NCBI GenBank assembly: GCA_964605525.1
Contig: CAZSCV010000001.1
Coordinates: 82,424-146,423 of the forward strand
DNA length: 64,000 nt
From: an uncultured Bdellovibrionales bacterium
GTDB lineage: Bacteria; Patescibacteriota; Minisyncoccia; Moranbacterales; UBA9337
Direction: 5' to 3'
The notes under the pieces are model-generated. The model was not told the origin of the DNA, did not search any database, and saw only the letters and a list, made by a program, of their open reading frames with translations. The position numbers were made by a program, and so were the translations under genes. Of this stretch, positions 1 to 9,194 are shown in pieces (the first letter of the stretch is position 1; the number at the start of each line of letters is the position of its first letter).

Positions 1-409
1 ATGGAAGTTTCATTTGTATTGCGATATGAAGCGTGAGGAGATTTTGAATAAAAAAGGCTTTTATAAAATTTCGGGAGCGGAAGATTTTGCCAACTTGTCA
101 GCAAAGCTTCTGGAAGACGAAATTATATATGAGAAATACAATAATTGGGAAAAAGTGAAACATTACTTCAATAATCCACCGGAAATTGAGACCGGAATTG
201 GAGTTTCGAAAGAAACTTTTGAATTGTGGTATGCTCTCCTAGCTAATTATGCCAAAAGAAAACCGGATAGCCGTGCAATTCATATTTTTCTTTCCAAACA
301 GCCAAAGCTTGCCGAAAAGGCGGATTCTATTGTAGAATCAATAAATCGGCTTGGCGAAAACAAGCGAGCCGCAGAGATGCTGGGAAAAGTTTGGGAAGAA
401 ATAGTGTAG
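1..409 (+). CDS. Hypothetical protein, 5'-truncated by window edge
   Basis: Frame of the 14..409 ORF stays open back to position 2; no recognised motif. Confidence 0.6.
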   Translation, partial: WKFHLYCDMKREEILNKKGFYKISGAEDFANLSAKLLEDEIIYEKYNNWEKVKHYFNNPPEIETGIGVSKETFELWYALLANYAKRKPDSRAIHIFLSKQPKLAEKADSIVESINRLGENKRAAEMLGKVWEEIV

Positions 410-421
410 GATATGAAAAAC

Positions 422-505
422 GCCTTGGTGGTGAAATTGGTATACACGCATGCTTCAGGTGCATGTGGCAGTGATGTCGTGCGAGTTCGAGTCTCGCCCA
501 AGGCA
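422..505 (+). tRNA. tRNA-Leu(CAG)
   Basis: Acceptor GCCTTGG/CCAAGGC, anticodon arm CATGC-TTCAGGT-GCATG, long variable arm, GTTCGAGTC T-loop. Confidence 0.95.
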
Positions 506-529
506 CATAATTTTCAAAGATAGAAAGAT

Positions 530-823
530 ATGCAGATTAAAATCGATTCAATCAAAGAAAATCCGGTTAATATTCTCCGAAGAATGGGATATTCTTTTCA
601 GAGGCATGAAGGAGATCAAATGAGTTTTGTGCGTCCTTTGGCGCGGGCAGGCTTTCCGAGGTTTCATATTTATGCTAAAGTTGAAAACAGTGATTTGATT
701 ATCAATATTCATCTTGATCAGAAAAAAGAAACTTACGGACAAGACACGAGGCATCACGGGGAATACGATTTAAATAGCCGGGCATTGCAAGATGAAATGG
801 ATAGGATAAAAAGTATAATTTAA
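530..823 (+). CDS. Hypothetical protein (97 aa)
   Basis: ATG-start ORF filling the gap between two tRNA-Leu genes; HxHLDQ..RHHGEY motif. Confidence 0.75.
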   Translation: MQIKIDSIKENPVNILRRMGYSFQRHEGDQMSFVRPLARAGFPRFHIYAKVENSDLIINIHLDQKKETYGQDTRHHGEYDLNSRALQDEMDRIKSII

Positions 824-829
824 AAATAT

Positions 830-912
830 GCCTGGGTGGTGAAATTGGTATACACGTTAGTCTTAGGAACTAATGGGTTTATCCCGTGGAGGTTCGAGTC
901 CTCTCCCAGGCA
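830..912 (+). tRNA. tRNA-Leu(TAG)
   Basis: Acceptor GCCTGGG/CCCAGGC, anticodon arm TTAGT-CTTAGGA-ACTAA, long variable arm. Confidence 0.95.
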
Positions 913-924
913 CGTAAGAGTCCT

Positions 925-1048
925 TGCCCCTTTATCCCGCAGGGATTTTACGGGGTCTCCCGTGGCACCACGTAAAATAAAAATAGGAATTTTTATCACG
1001 TGGGCGTAGCCACGTAAAATCGCTACGCTTATACGTGGCACAGCCACA
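925..1048. repeat. Cluster of short GC-rich REP-like palindromes
   Basis: CGTGGCACCACG, CGTGGGCGTAGCCACG and CGTGGCACAGCCAC recur; the first two are followed by TAAAAT. Confidence 0.6.
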
Positions 1049-1049
1049 G

Positions 1050-1079
1050 AAAAAATCGAGTCTAAGCTCGATTTTTTTT
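1050..1079. terminator. Bidirectional intrinsic terminator
   Basis: AAAAAATCGAG-TCTAAG-CTCGATTTTTTT between convergent units. Confidence 0.75.
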
Positions 1080-1098
1080 GTGTTTCGTAGGGAATAAC

Positions 1099-1596
1099 TT
1101 ATATCAAAAATTTTTTCTTGTTTTCACTTAAGTTGGTGAAATCATCAGCTTTTTCAATAAGCTTGTTGCTGGTTGATTCAGCAAAGGCAATTACTTCCAC
1201 TCTGCATCCGGTAGTGCTTTGGATATATTCCATCATTGGGATATAATCCCCATCTCCACTAACCAAAACAATAACGTCCAAACTTTTTGACATCTTAATG
1301 GCATCAACTGCAATGCCCACATCCCAATCACCTTTCTTGGCACCGCCGGGAAATATCTGCAAATCTTTTGTTTTTACTTCAAAGCCGGAGGTTTTCAATG
1401 CATCAAGGAATTTTTCTTCCGAACCTTCCAGTGTGCGAATGCCATAAGCCATTGCGCGGATCAATTTTCTTCCGGCAGTCGCCTCTTCAAGAATTTTTTT
1501 GAAATTTACTTTTTTATTGTGAAGCACGCGGGCGCTGTAATACATATTCTGAATATCAATCAGAATGCCCACACGCTGTTCTTTGAATTTTGACAT
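1099..1596 (-). CDS. NYN domain protein (LabA/DUF88, PIN-like)
   Basis: IDIQNMY, KGDWDVGIAVD and LVSGDGDY motifs. Confidence 0.9.
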   Translation of the reverse strand: MSKFKEQRVGILIDIQNMYYSARVLHNKKVNFKKILEEATAGRKLIRAMAYGIRTLEGSEEKFLDALKTSGFEVKTKDLQIFPGGAKKGDWDVGIAVDAIKMSKSLDVIVLVSGDGDYIPMMEYIQSTTGCRVEVIAFAESTSNKLIEKADDFTNLSENKKKFLI

Positions 1597-1644
1597 ATTT
1601 TTGTTGTGTTATACAAAAGCCAGACAAGCTGGCTTTTGTTAGGT

Positions 1645-1914
1645 TTATCCTTTTAAACCAAGTTTCTTTATGATTTTTTTGTAGGCTTTTTCGTCAGTTT
1701 TTAATAAATAGGCCATCAATCTTCTTCTTTTTGAAACCATCTGCAAGAGTCCTCTTCGGGAATGAAAATCCTTCTTGTTTTTTTTGAGGTGGTTGGTAAG
1801 TTTTTTGATAGATTCAGTAAAAAGTGCGATCTGAAATTCAGGAGATCCAGTGTCTTTGTCGTGTCTTTTTACTTCCTTGGTTACTTTTTGCTTCTGCTTG
1901 GGCGTAAGTGCCAT
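1645..1914 (-). CDS. rpsO: 30S ribosomal protein S15
   Basis: [13 protein letters not shown] and [20 protein letters not shown]; ATG at 1914 chosen. Confidence 0.97.
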   Translation of the reverse strand: MALTPKQKQKVTKEVKRHDKDTGSPEFQIALFTESIKKLTNHLKKNKKDFHSRRGLLQMVSKRRRLMAYLLKTDEKAYKKIIKKLGLKG

Positions 1915-2047
1915 AGTCTTTTTTCGGCTCAACAATCGTTCCGGTTCCGTTTTTTTCAGGCGGAGCGCAAACCATTGTCAGCTAATTAGAATTATTTAAC
2001 TAAATCAACCATAACATCGAATTTTAATTTTGGCAAGAGTTGTCACG

Positions 2048-2080
2048 AAAAAAGCAGACCACATAGTCTGCTTTTTTTAT
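2048..2080. terminator. Intrinsic terminator after gyrA
   Basis: AAAAAAGCAGAC-CACATA-GTCTGCTTTTTT. Confidence 0.75.
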
Positions 2081-2082
2081 TT

Positions 2083-4554
2083 TTATATCACTGCACTGGC
2101 GACGACCTTGTCTCCTGATTTGAGGCGCATAATGCGGACTCCTTGAGTGGCACGACCGAGGACAGAGATACTGGTGAGGGGGATACGGATTATTTGTCCT
2201 TGAGATGAGGTAATAATCAAGTCGCTGTCAGCTATATCATCAACATTGACAATACTGGAACCGGTTAATTTTCCAGTCTTGGATGTTGTTTTGGCGGTTT
2301 TAATGCCCGATCCTCCACGTTTTTGAATTTTGTATGATTTTAGATCGCTGCGTTTTCCAAATCCGTTTTCGGAAAAAACCATCAGTTGATTTCCCTTTTG
2401 ACCCTTAAGAACAGCGCCCATTCCGATTGCATAATCCCCGGAGCGCAATTTGATTCCGCGCACTCCAGCGGCGGCGCGTCCCATGGCGCGAACATCTGTT
2501 TCCTTAAATCGGATAGCTTGTCCATTGGCGGTTGATATCACAATTTCATCTGTTCCGGTTGTCGGTTTTACCCAGCTTAATTTGTCATCTTTATCCAGAT
2601 TGATGGCGATTAATCCGCTGCGTCTGACATTGTCGAAATCTTCAATCTTTACTTTTTTAACCACACCTTTTTCTGTTGCCATAAAAAAGTATTTGTAGTT
2701 GTCGTTTTTGTTATAAGCAATCATTTCAGTGATTTTTTCTTCTTGGGAAAGTTGCAGGAAATTGACGATGGCTTGTCCTTTGGCAGTGCGGGAAGACTCC
2801 GGAATTTCATATGCCTTAGTCTGGAAAACTTTTCCGCTATTGGTGAAAAACATCAAATCATCATGAGTCATTACGGCATTAACACTGTCAATCACATCTC
2901 CTTCACGATTGGTCGCGCCGATAACTCCTTTACCTCCGCGTTTTTGAACGCGGTAAACAGTCGGACTCATACGCTTAATGTAGCCATCTTGCGAAACAGT
3001 AATGATCGCTTCTTCATCGGCAATTAAGTCTTCTTGCTTGAATTCTCCAATCCCTCCTTTGATGACTTTGGTTTTTCGTTCATCGCCGAATTTTTCCGTT
3101 AAATCAACTAGTTCCTTTTTAACAATAGCCAAAATTTTGATTTTACTGCCCAGGATTGATTCCAGCTCAGCAATTATTTTTTTGATTTCTTTCAGCTCAT
3201 CTTCGATTTTCTTTCTTTCAAGTCCTGCCAGAGTTTGTAGTCTCATTTCCAAAATGGCAGTAGCCTGAATGGCGGAAAATTTGAATTTTTTCATCAAGGC
3301 TTGATGGGCAATCTCTTTGGTTGAGGATTTTTTGATAGTTTCAATAACAGCATCAATATTGTCCAGGGCTTTTTTGAGTCCTTCCAAAATATGCGCTCGT
3401 TCTTTGGCTTTGCGCAAATCAAATTGGGTGCGACGGGTGACAATTTCCTGTCTGTGCTTGATATATTCTTCAAGAATTGATTTGAGAGTGAGAATTCTTG
3501 GTTCAATTCCGTCTACCAATGCCAACATATTGACATTGAAGTTTTTTTGCAAATCTGTCATTGAGTACAGTTTGTTGAGAACTTTCTGCGGAAAAGCGTC
3601 TTTTTTGAGGTCAACTACTATGCGAACTCCGTCTTTATCTGATTCATCTCGTAAATCTCTGATTCCTTGAATTTTTCCCTCCTTAACCAAATCGGCAATT
3701 TTGGTAATCAGAACCGATTTGTTGGTGGCATAAGTAATTTCAGTGACGATTATTTGGAAAGTTCCAGCCTTGGATTCAATGATAGACGCTTTGGCGCGGG
3801 TGATAATTTTTCCTTTTCCAGTGGAATAGGCTTCGCGGACATCCCTGGCGTTGTAAATGATTCCTCCGGTTGGAAAATCCGGACCTTTGACAAATTGCAT
3901 CAGTGCGTCAACATCGGCGTTCGGATCGTCAATCAAATGGCAAATGGCGCCTGACAATTCATGAAGATTGTGCGGGGGAATATTGGTTGCCATACCGACA
4001 GCAATTCCCATTGTTCCATTAAGGAGAAGTTGCGGGAGTTTAGCAGGAAGAACGGTTGGCTCTTGATGTGTTCCATCGAAATTGGGAATGAAGTTTACGG
4101 TTTCTTTTTCAATATCAAAAAGCATTTCTTCGGCAATGTGGGACAATTTGGCTTCAGTATAACGATAAGCGGCTGCTCCATCTCCGTCCATTGAGCCGAA
4201 GTTTCCTTGTCCCCAAACGAGAGGATAACGAAGGGAAAAATCTTGCGCCATTCGCACCATTGAGTCATACACCGCAGTGTCTCCGTGAGGATGATATTTT
4301 CCCAGCACTTCTCCGACGACTGTGGCAGATTTGCGGAATTTGGCGCTTGGCCTGAGTCCGGTTTTCCACATAGAATAGAGAATTCGGCGATGTACCGGTT
4401 TCATTCCGTCGCGAACATCCGGCAGGGCGCGGGAAACAATAACGCTCATCGCATAATCCAAATAGGATTGTTGAACCTCATCGGTTATTGCTCGATCGCG
4501 GATATTTTCCTTAAATTCCTCCTGTGCGGCAGGATTTTCCAGTGTATTTTTCAT
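2083..4554 (-). CDS. gyrA: DNA gyrase subunit A
   Basis: [29 protein letters not shown] catalytic Tyr, GyrA-box QKRGGKG, beta-pinwheel repeats. Confidence 0.97.
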   Translation of the reverse strand: MKNTLENPAAQEEFKENIRDRAITDEVQQSYLDYAMSVIVSRALPDVRDGMKPVHRRILYSMWKTGLRPSAKFRKSATVVGEVLGKYHPHGDTAVYDSMVRMAQDFSLRYPLVWGQGNFGSMDGDGAAAYRYTEAKLSHIAEEMLFDIEKETVNFIPNFDGTHQEPTVLPAKLPQLLLNGTMGIAVGMATNIPPHNLHELSGAICHLIDDPNADVDALMQFVKGPDFPTGGIIYNARDVREAYSTGKGKIITRAKASIIESKAGTFQIIVTEITYATNKSVLITKIADLVKEGKIQGIRDLRDESDKDGVRIVVDLKKDAFPQKVLNKLYSMTDLQKNFNVNMLALVDGIEPRILTLKSILEEYIKHRQEIVTRRTQFDLRKAKERAHILEGLKKALDNIDAVIETIKKSSTKEIAHQALMKKFKFSAIQATAILEMRLQTLAGLERKKIEDELKEIKKIIAELESILGSKIKILAIVKKELVDLTEKFGDERKTKVIKGGIGEFKQEDLIADEEAIITVSQDGYIKRMSPTVYRVQKRGGKGVIGATNREGDVIDSVNAVMTHDDLMFFTNSGKVFQTKAYEIPESSRTAKGQAIVNFLQLSQEEKITEMIAYNKNDNYKYFFMATEKGVVKKVKIEDFDNVRRSGLIAINLDKDDKLSWVKPTTGTDEIVISTANGQAIRFKETDVRAMGRAAAGVRGIKLRSGDYAIGMGAVLKGQKGNQLMVFSENGFGKRSDLKSYKIQKRGGSGIKTAKTTSKTGKLTGSSIVNVDDIADSDLIITSSQGQIIRIPLTSISVLGRATQGVRIMRLKSGDKVVASAVI

Positions 4555-4684
4555 GGGATTGTATATAAAATAATGATTATTTTGCAAAATTTGCTTTGCG
4601 GTATTCTTTGGGGTGAGGGATTTTAAAAAATCCTATTTCCAAACCAAAAAAGATTGGTCGGTGAAAAATTTTGTGAATTTTTTT

Positions 4685-4954
4685 TTATTCCCCTTGCATT
4701 AATTCGGTGGATTTTTGAAAAGAATTGCCAATAGAATCTTTGGTGTCGGAAAATTCTTCCCTGATTTGATTGGTAATTCCGGGTTGCGGTGAAGATTCTT
4801 GTTTGAATGCAGACAGATTTTCTTTCATAGAAAAGGTCCACAAAAATAATACAAAAAACATTGAAACAGCCAAGACTGCCCAAAAATAACGTACCCGGAT
4901 ATGTTCCGGTTTTTGGCGGATTTCTTCGATTTTTCTGGATATATCCATAGCCAT
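4685..4954 (-). CDS. Small membrane-anchored hypothetical protein
   Basis: One hydrophobic segment (YFWAVLAVSMFFVLFLW); co-oriented with neighbours. Confidence 0.7.
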   Translation of the reverse strand: MAMDISRKIEEIRQKPEHIRVRYFWAVLAVSMFFVLFLWTFSMKENLSAFKQESSPQPGITNQIREEFSDTKDSIGNSFQKSTELMQGE

Positions 4955-4968
4955 GGTGAATTTATGAA

Positions 4969-5628
4969 TTATTCAATGTCCATCAATACTATTTCCAAAT
5001 TTTTTTCTTCCAAATCTTTCTTTTTGAGGGTAATTTTATTGACTTTATCTTTCGGGCAATTTCCCATTTCTGAGCAAAATGTTTTTTCATCAGAAAGATC
5101 CGCATTTGAACCTTTGATTTTGTAATGCATAGGAATAATCATTTTCGGTTCTATCTTGCGGGCAATTTCAGCGGCTTTTTTGCCATCGATCGTGTATTTT
5201 CCTCCAACGGGAATAAAAAGGATATCCAGTTCGCCGATTTTTGAAAGTTGCTCGGATGTCAAATCGGTTCCCAAATCCCCCAAATGGCAAAGGCGAAGTT
5301 CTTCTGTTTCAATGACGAAAACTGTATTTTTTCCTCTCTCTGCGCCTTCTTTGTCATCATGAAAAGTTTCAAATCCGATTACATTCATTCCTTTTACGGC
5401 AAATTCTCCCGCTGTTTCGAGAATAGTCGGATCGCCTTTAAGAATGCTTGCGTTGTTGTGGTCGCGGTGCTGATGGGAAACAAAGACGACATTGGCTTGT
5501 CCGAAAGGAGGTTTGAGTCCGACCGATTTGTTGAAAGGATCGAAGAAAAAAACCACATCTTCAGTAGCCCGTCCAGCCGGTTTGGTGGTTATTTTAAAAC
5601 AAGAATGCCCGTAGTATTGAATGTTCAT
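4969..5628 (-). CDS. MBL-fold metallo-hydrolase
   Basis: YYGHSCF, SHQHRDHNN, HLGDLG, IPMHY motifs. Confidence 0.9.
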   Translation of the reverse strand: MNIQYYGHSCFKITTKPAGRATEDVVFFFDPFNKSVGLKPPFGQANVVFVSHQHRDHNNASILKGDPTILETAGEFAVKGMNVIGFETFHDDKEGAERGKNTVFVIETEELRLCHLGDLGTDLTSEQLSKIGELDILFIPVGGKYTIDGKKAAEIARKIEPKMIIPMHYKIKGSNADLSDEKTFCSEMGNCPKDKVNKITLKKKDLEEKNLEIVLMDIE

Positions 5629-5751
5629 TGATTTTATATTATAAGATATTTTTATTATTTCTATTACAGTTTAGCACTCAAAAAGGGTTTTGTCGAGGTT
5701 TGATAATATAGTCTATAAAATAGCAATTTGACAAAAACGGTAGTATTTTTG

Positions 5752-6492
5752 TTAATCAACTCGTTTTAATTCATCTTTGAGAAATAAGAGCGTTTCGTTT
5801 TTGATAATTTTTCGGATTTTATGAAATTTTTCAATTGGCAAAAGCATATTGATGTCTTGGTCGATTATTTCTTGAGTGACGTTTTTTTTAATAAAGTCTA
5901 TAAGTTTTTCAAAAAATAATCCTAGATTTTTTTCATTTCTTCTTTCTTCGATTACTTTGCGTTCGTATTCATATCCGTTTGAAAAGAAAAAATGTACATC
6001 ATAAACATCTCGTCCGGCAATGGAACCATTATTTTCAAATCTCTCAATCAAGGCTACCAGCTTATTGGCGAACATTGTTTCGATGGTTTGGCAATTTATA
6101 ATTCTGTCAATTTCAACAAGTCTTGCCGGCTCATACTCGTTGCTTTTCGGAGGCGGAAAGTTCATATCGATTTTGAGTGTATTTCTTTTGCCGGCAGGTG
6201 CATCATATCTGAGGAAATATTGTGGAATTTTTTGACTTTTATCCTTTATTTCCAAGCCAATTTCGTCGAAAATCTTTTCCATTTCTTTTTGCGCACTTTG
6301 CAATTCATTTTTGTTTCCGACAAAATCAAAATCCAAATCAACCGAAAAACGATCTAAAAATCCGCGCATTGCGGCGCAAGTTCCTCCTTTGAAGCAGAGT
6401 TTTCCGGATAATTTTTCATTGTCGCAAATAGCGGTGAGTGTGCGATAGAGCCATGCTCTGTGAGGCGCATCTTTTTTGTCAGGTAAAATCAT
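5752..6492 (-). CDS. AbiEii-family nucleotidyltransferase toxin (type IV TA)
   Basis: FKGGT..RFSVDLDF, NKLVAL..GRDVYD motifs; overlaps upstream partner. Confidence 0.88.
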   Translation of the reverse strand: MILPDKKDAPHRAWLYRTLTAICDNEKLSGKLCFKGGTCAAMRGFLDRFSVDLDFDFVGNKNELQSAQKEMEKIFDEIGLEIKDKSQKIPQYFLRYDAPAGKRNTLKIDMNFPPPKSNEYEPARLVEIDRIINCQTIETMFANKLVALIERFENNGSIAGRDVYDVHFFFSNGYEYERKVIEERRNEKNLGLFFEKLIDFIKKNVTQEIIDQDINMLLPIEKFHKIRKIIKNETLLFLKDELKRVD

Positions 6493-7079
6493 ATTTTTTT
6501 ATTTGTTAATCTTTTAATTGTTGGATAGCCGATTTTTTTTTGGATTTCGTTTACTTTTTTCCAGTTGATGAAATTTGCTCCATCAAGATGGGCTTTCGGA
6601 TTGAAATATAAAAGATCAGCCACGGCGCGCTCCAGAGTTGCTATCATTATTCCATCTTTTTTGATTATTTCACAGTCGTTGTATAGGTAGTTTTCATTTA
6701 ATTGGCGGCTTTTGTAGTTATTTTCGCCTATGGAAAATTTGAGGGATTTTGAGCTTACAAAGGTAATGTAGTTCATTTTTTGCTGAATTATTCCCTCTTG
6801 TACCAGAATGGTTTCCGTACTTACATATGAATAGCTGTGGAGGGCTTTTTGTCCGAGTAAAAAAGCATCAATTTTGTTGACAGGTTTTATTGCATAGAAT
6901 CCTCGATATACACGGAAAAGTAGCCCCTGTTGAACATATCTTTTCAATGTTGTGTGAAGGGTGTTGGAATTTGATATTTGCCACAGATTAGCCAAATCAT
7001 CAATATGAAAAACAATTTCCCCTAACAAAGCCAATCTTGCAAATCGATGTTGAGTTATGTTTGTTTTTCCTGTACTCAT
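6489..7079 (-). CDS. AbiEi-family antitoxin / wHTH regulator
   Basis: N-terminal wHTH (LFRVYRGFY), SYVSTETIL and ATLERAVADLLY motifs; ATGA overlap with toxin. Confidence 0.82.
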   Translation of the reverse strand: MSTGKTNITQHRFARLALLGEIVFHIDDLANLWQISNSNTLHTTLKRYVQQGLLFRVYRGFYAIKPVNKIDAFLLGQKALHSYSYVSTETILVQEGIIQQKMNYITFVSSKSLKFSIGENNYKSRQLNENYLYNDCEIIKKDGIMIATLERAVADLLYFNPKAHLDGANFINWKKVNEIQKKIGYPTIKRLTNKKI

Positions 7080-7168
7080 ATGTACAGTATAGCACAACGT
7101 AATGTTTGTGTCAATAATAAAAAACCGGCTGGTGAAATTAATCACCTAGCCGGCACCTCTTTTTTCGG

Positions 7169-7312
7169 TTAATTTCGAGAAACTTTTACAAGAAGCAAAA
7201 CAAATCCCGCAAAAGTCGCCACAAAAGATCCAATAATTATGCTCCACCCAATGATTGGATGAATATGCATAAAATGTTGGAATGCCAGGATTTCCAGCTC
7301 ATAAGTGTTCAT
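7169..7312 (-). CDS. Small membrane protein (47 aa)
   Basis: ATG after AGGGA RBS; one TM helix; lies downstream of a hairpin-boxA repeat copy. Confidence 0.5.
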   Translation of the reverse strand: MNTYELEILAFQHFMHIHPIIGWSIIIGSFVATFAGFVLLLVKVSRN

Positions 7313-7335
7313 AATAATTCCCTGTATTTTAATTG

Positions 7336-7415
7336 AAAGAACTTGTTCTCTATAAGATTTCAAAAAATTAAAATCTTAATTGAGAGGGCAAGGAAAGCGC
7401 GATGGCTCCCTTGCC
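7336..7415 (-). repeat. Isolated copy of the cassette-array hairpinA-hairpinB-boxA module
   Basis: Minus strand reads GGCAAGGGAG..TTCCTTGCC CTCTCAATTAAGATTTTAATTTTTTGAAATCTTATAGAG AACAAGTTCTTT, resembling the copy at 26016-26071. Confidence 0.65.
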
Positions 7416-7463
7416 CGGGAGAAGTGTTTTTTAACCGGAACGCTTCAAAAAACCATGAGAGAG

Positions 7464-7862
7464 CTAGGATGAACAATGATTCTTTAGGTGTTGCAGTGTT
7501 GATAGACTATTTTTACAACAGCACCTTTCTTTAAGTTCCCAACCATGCACAATGGCAGTCGTAGTTTTCTCGAGCACGTTGCAATTGCAGTATATGCAGT
7601 TGAATATGCAGCTTTCCTTAGGCTCTCTGTCCTGAAGTGTTATCAGTATTGAAAACATCATAGATTTTTGCTCTTTTGAAGGCTCTAAACGTGGATACTG
7701 CCTTGGTATAGAACAAAGCGCAGTGTGAATGTTTTCCGTAATATAAAATGCGTGGGCAAAGTGACTTTCATCACCCTTTGAGTACCTTGAAATTTGATCT
7801 TTTAAGGTCTCGACGATATTTTCTTGCCATTTTTTCATTTCAGTTATTGTCATTTCTTTCAT
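7464..7862 (-). CDS. Hypothetical Cys-rich orphan protein
   Basis: AAAGGAG RBS before ATG 7862; no known motif. Confidence 0.55.
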   Translation of the reverse strand: MKEMTITEMKKWQENIVETLKDQISRYSKGDESHFAHAFYITENIHTALCSIPRQYPRLEPSKEQKSMMFSILITLQDREPKESCIFNCIYCNCNVLEKTTTAIVHGWELKERCCCKNSLSTLQHLKNHCSS

Positions 7863-7976
7863 GGCATTTCTCCTTTTGAAGTTGTTTCCCAATGTTGGGC
7901 GAAGGTTGGTGACAAAGTTTTTAAGGTACTTTTTGTTAAGATTTATGTCCTTTTGGATTTCTTATCTTAACAGCCT

Positions 7977-8005
7977 AGTATACACCCAAAATGGGATATT
8001 GTCAA
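7977..8005 (-). promoter_or_regulatory. Sigma70-type promoter
   Basis: TTGACA-17bp-TATACT on the minus strand. Confidence 0.7.
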
Positions 8006-8075
8006 TAATTATGCCCTGTAAAAATGGTTAAATTAGTTTAAAATAAGCCAAAGTAAAGACTTGTTGTCAGATTTA

Positions 8076-8104
8076 TTGACTTTTTGTGCGGAGTGGAATA
8101 TAAT
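8076..8104 (+). promoter_or_regulatory. Sigma70-type promoter for the TrmB gene
   Basis: TTGACT-17bp-TATAAT. Confidence 0.6.
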
Positions 8105-8184
8105 GGAAATAGGGTAATTCTTAGCTCAAACCCCTCCTCATTCCTCCCCTTGTCCAAGGGGAGGAGGAACAGAAAAACAATTTG

Positions 8185-8955
8185 ATGGAAACGGAAAAAG
8201 TATTGGAATTATTAGGATTGAACGAAAAAGAAGCCAAGGTGTACTTGGCGCTTTTGCAGATGGGAAAAGGGACGGTTCCGGCGATTGCCACGCGGGCGGG
8301 GACAAAGCGGCCGACGACTTATCTCATTTTGGATGAACTTCGCAAAAAAGATCTAGTGACTTTATTGCCTCGGAAAATAAAAGCTATTTATACCGCCAAA
8401 TCTCCGGAAGTGCTTTTGGAAGAACAAAAAGAAAAAGAAGAACTCATCGCCCAAAAAATGCCGGAGCTTTTGGCGATATATAATTCCAAGAAAGAAAAGC
8501 CAAAAGTTACGTTTTATCAAGGAAAGAAACAGATTTTGGAATTGTACAACAAAGAAATTTTCAAAAGCGAAAGGCTGGATATTTTTTGTTCAATCAAATC
8601 CATCCATCCCGAAGTTTTGAGCGGAATCTGGTGGTTTTTGGAGGTTATTGAGAAGAAAAAAATTCCGACCAGAGAAATTCTGCAAGCCGATCAAGAATCA
8701 ATTGAATATGCGAAAAAATATTCATCCGAAATTCACTTGATAAGGCTTTTGCCAAAAGAATTCAAGATACCGACGGATAATATAATTTTTCAGGATAAGT
8801 TGGCGATTTTTTCCTATAAGGATGAGCCGATGGTGGTTGTCATTCAAAGTAGCGATGTGGCCCAGACATATCGCTCAATGTTTGAAATTGTGTGGAAGAG
8901 TATTGATAATAAAACAACAACACTAATGCCAGCCGATACAACAAAAATTGCTTAA
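8185..8955 (+). CDS. TrmB-family transcriptional regulator
   Basis: LGLNEKEAKVYLALL..KRPTTY HTH, KPKVTFYQG, PLD-like C-terminal domain. Confidence 0.9.
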   Translation: METEKVLELLGLNEKEAKVYLALLQMGKGTVPAIATRAGTKRPTTYLILDELRKKDLVTLLPRKIKAIYTAKSPEVLLEEQKEKEELIAQKMPELLAIYNSKKEKPKVTFYQGKKQILELYNKEIFKSERLDIFCSIKSIHPEVLSGIWWFLEVIEKKKIPTREILQADQESIEYAKKYSSEIHLIRLLPKEFKIPTDNIIFQDKLAIFSYKDEPMVVVIQSSDVAQTYRSMFEIVWKSIDNKTTTLMPADTTKIA

Positions 8956-9097
8956 AAAATGCCACTTAGAAACGGTCTTATGTAAATGGCAAATTATTTT
9001 TAAGTTGATGGGGTAGCGATTGGTTAGATTGATTAAAATCGGGGTTTGAGATAAGATTGAGATAAGAATAAATTTACAATTTTCAATTTACAATTTT

Positions 9098-9127
9098 TCC
9101 GCCTAAGGCGGACCAGCCTTGGGCTGG
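9098..9127 (-). repeat. 30-bp twin-hairpin micro-element, in an AT-rich heptamer element
   Basis: TCCGCC-TAA-GGCGGA CCAGCC-TTG-GGCTGG; near-identical to 12494-12523 and 53792-53821. Confidence 0.9.
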
Positions 9128-9194
9128 CAATCAATTTCCAATGATTTAATTTTCAATTGGGAAATGATTCGGGGTTGTGATTTTATAGAAGTTT

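Noticed and set aside
1915-1990. S15 autoregulatory leader RNA
   Set aside because: Position is plausible, but I could not match a known rpsO leader structure by eye
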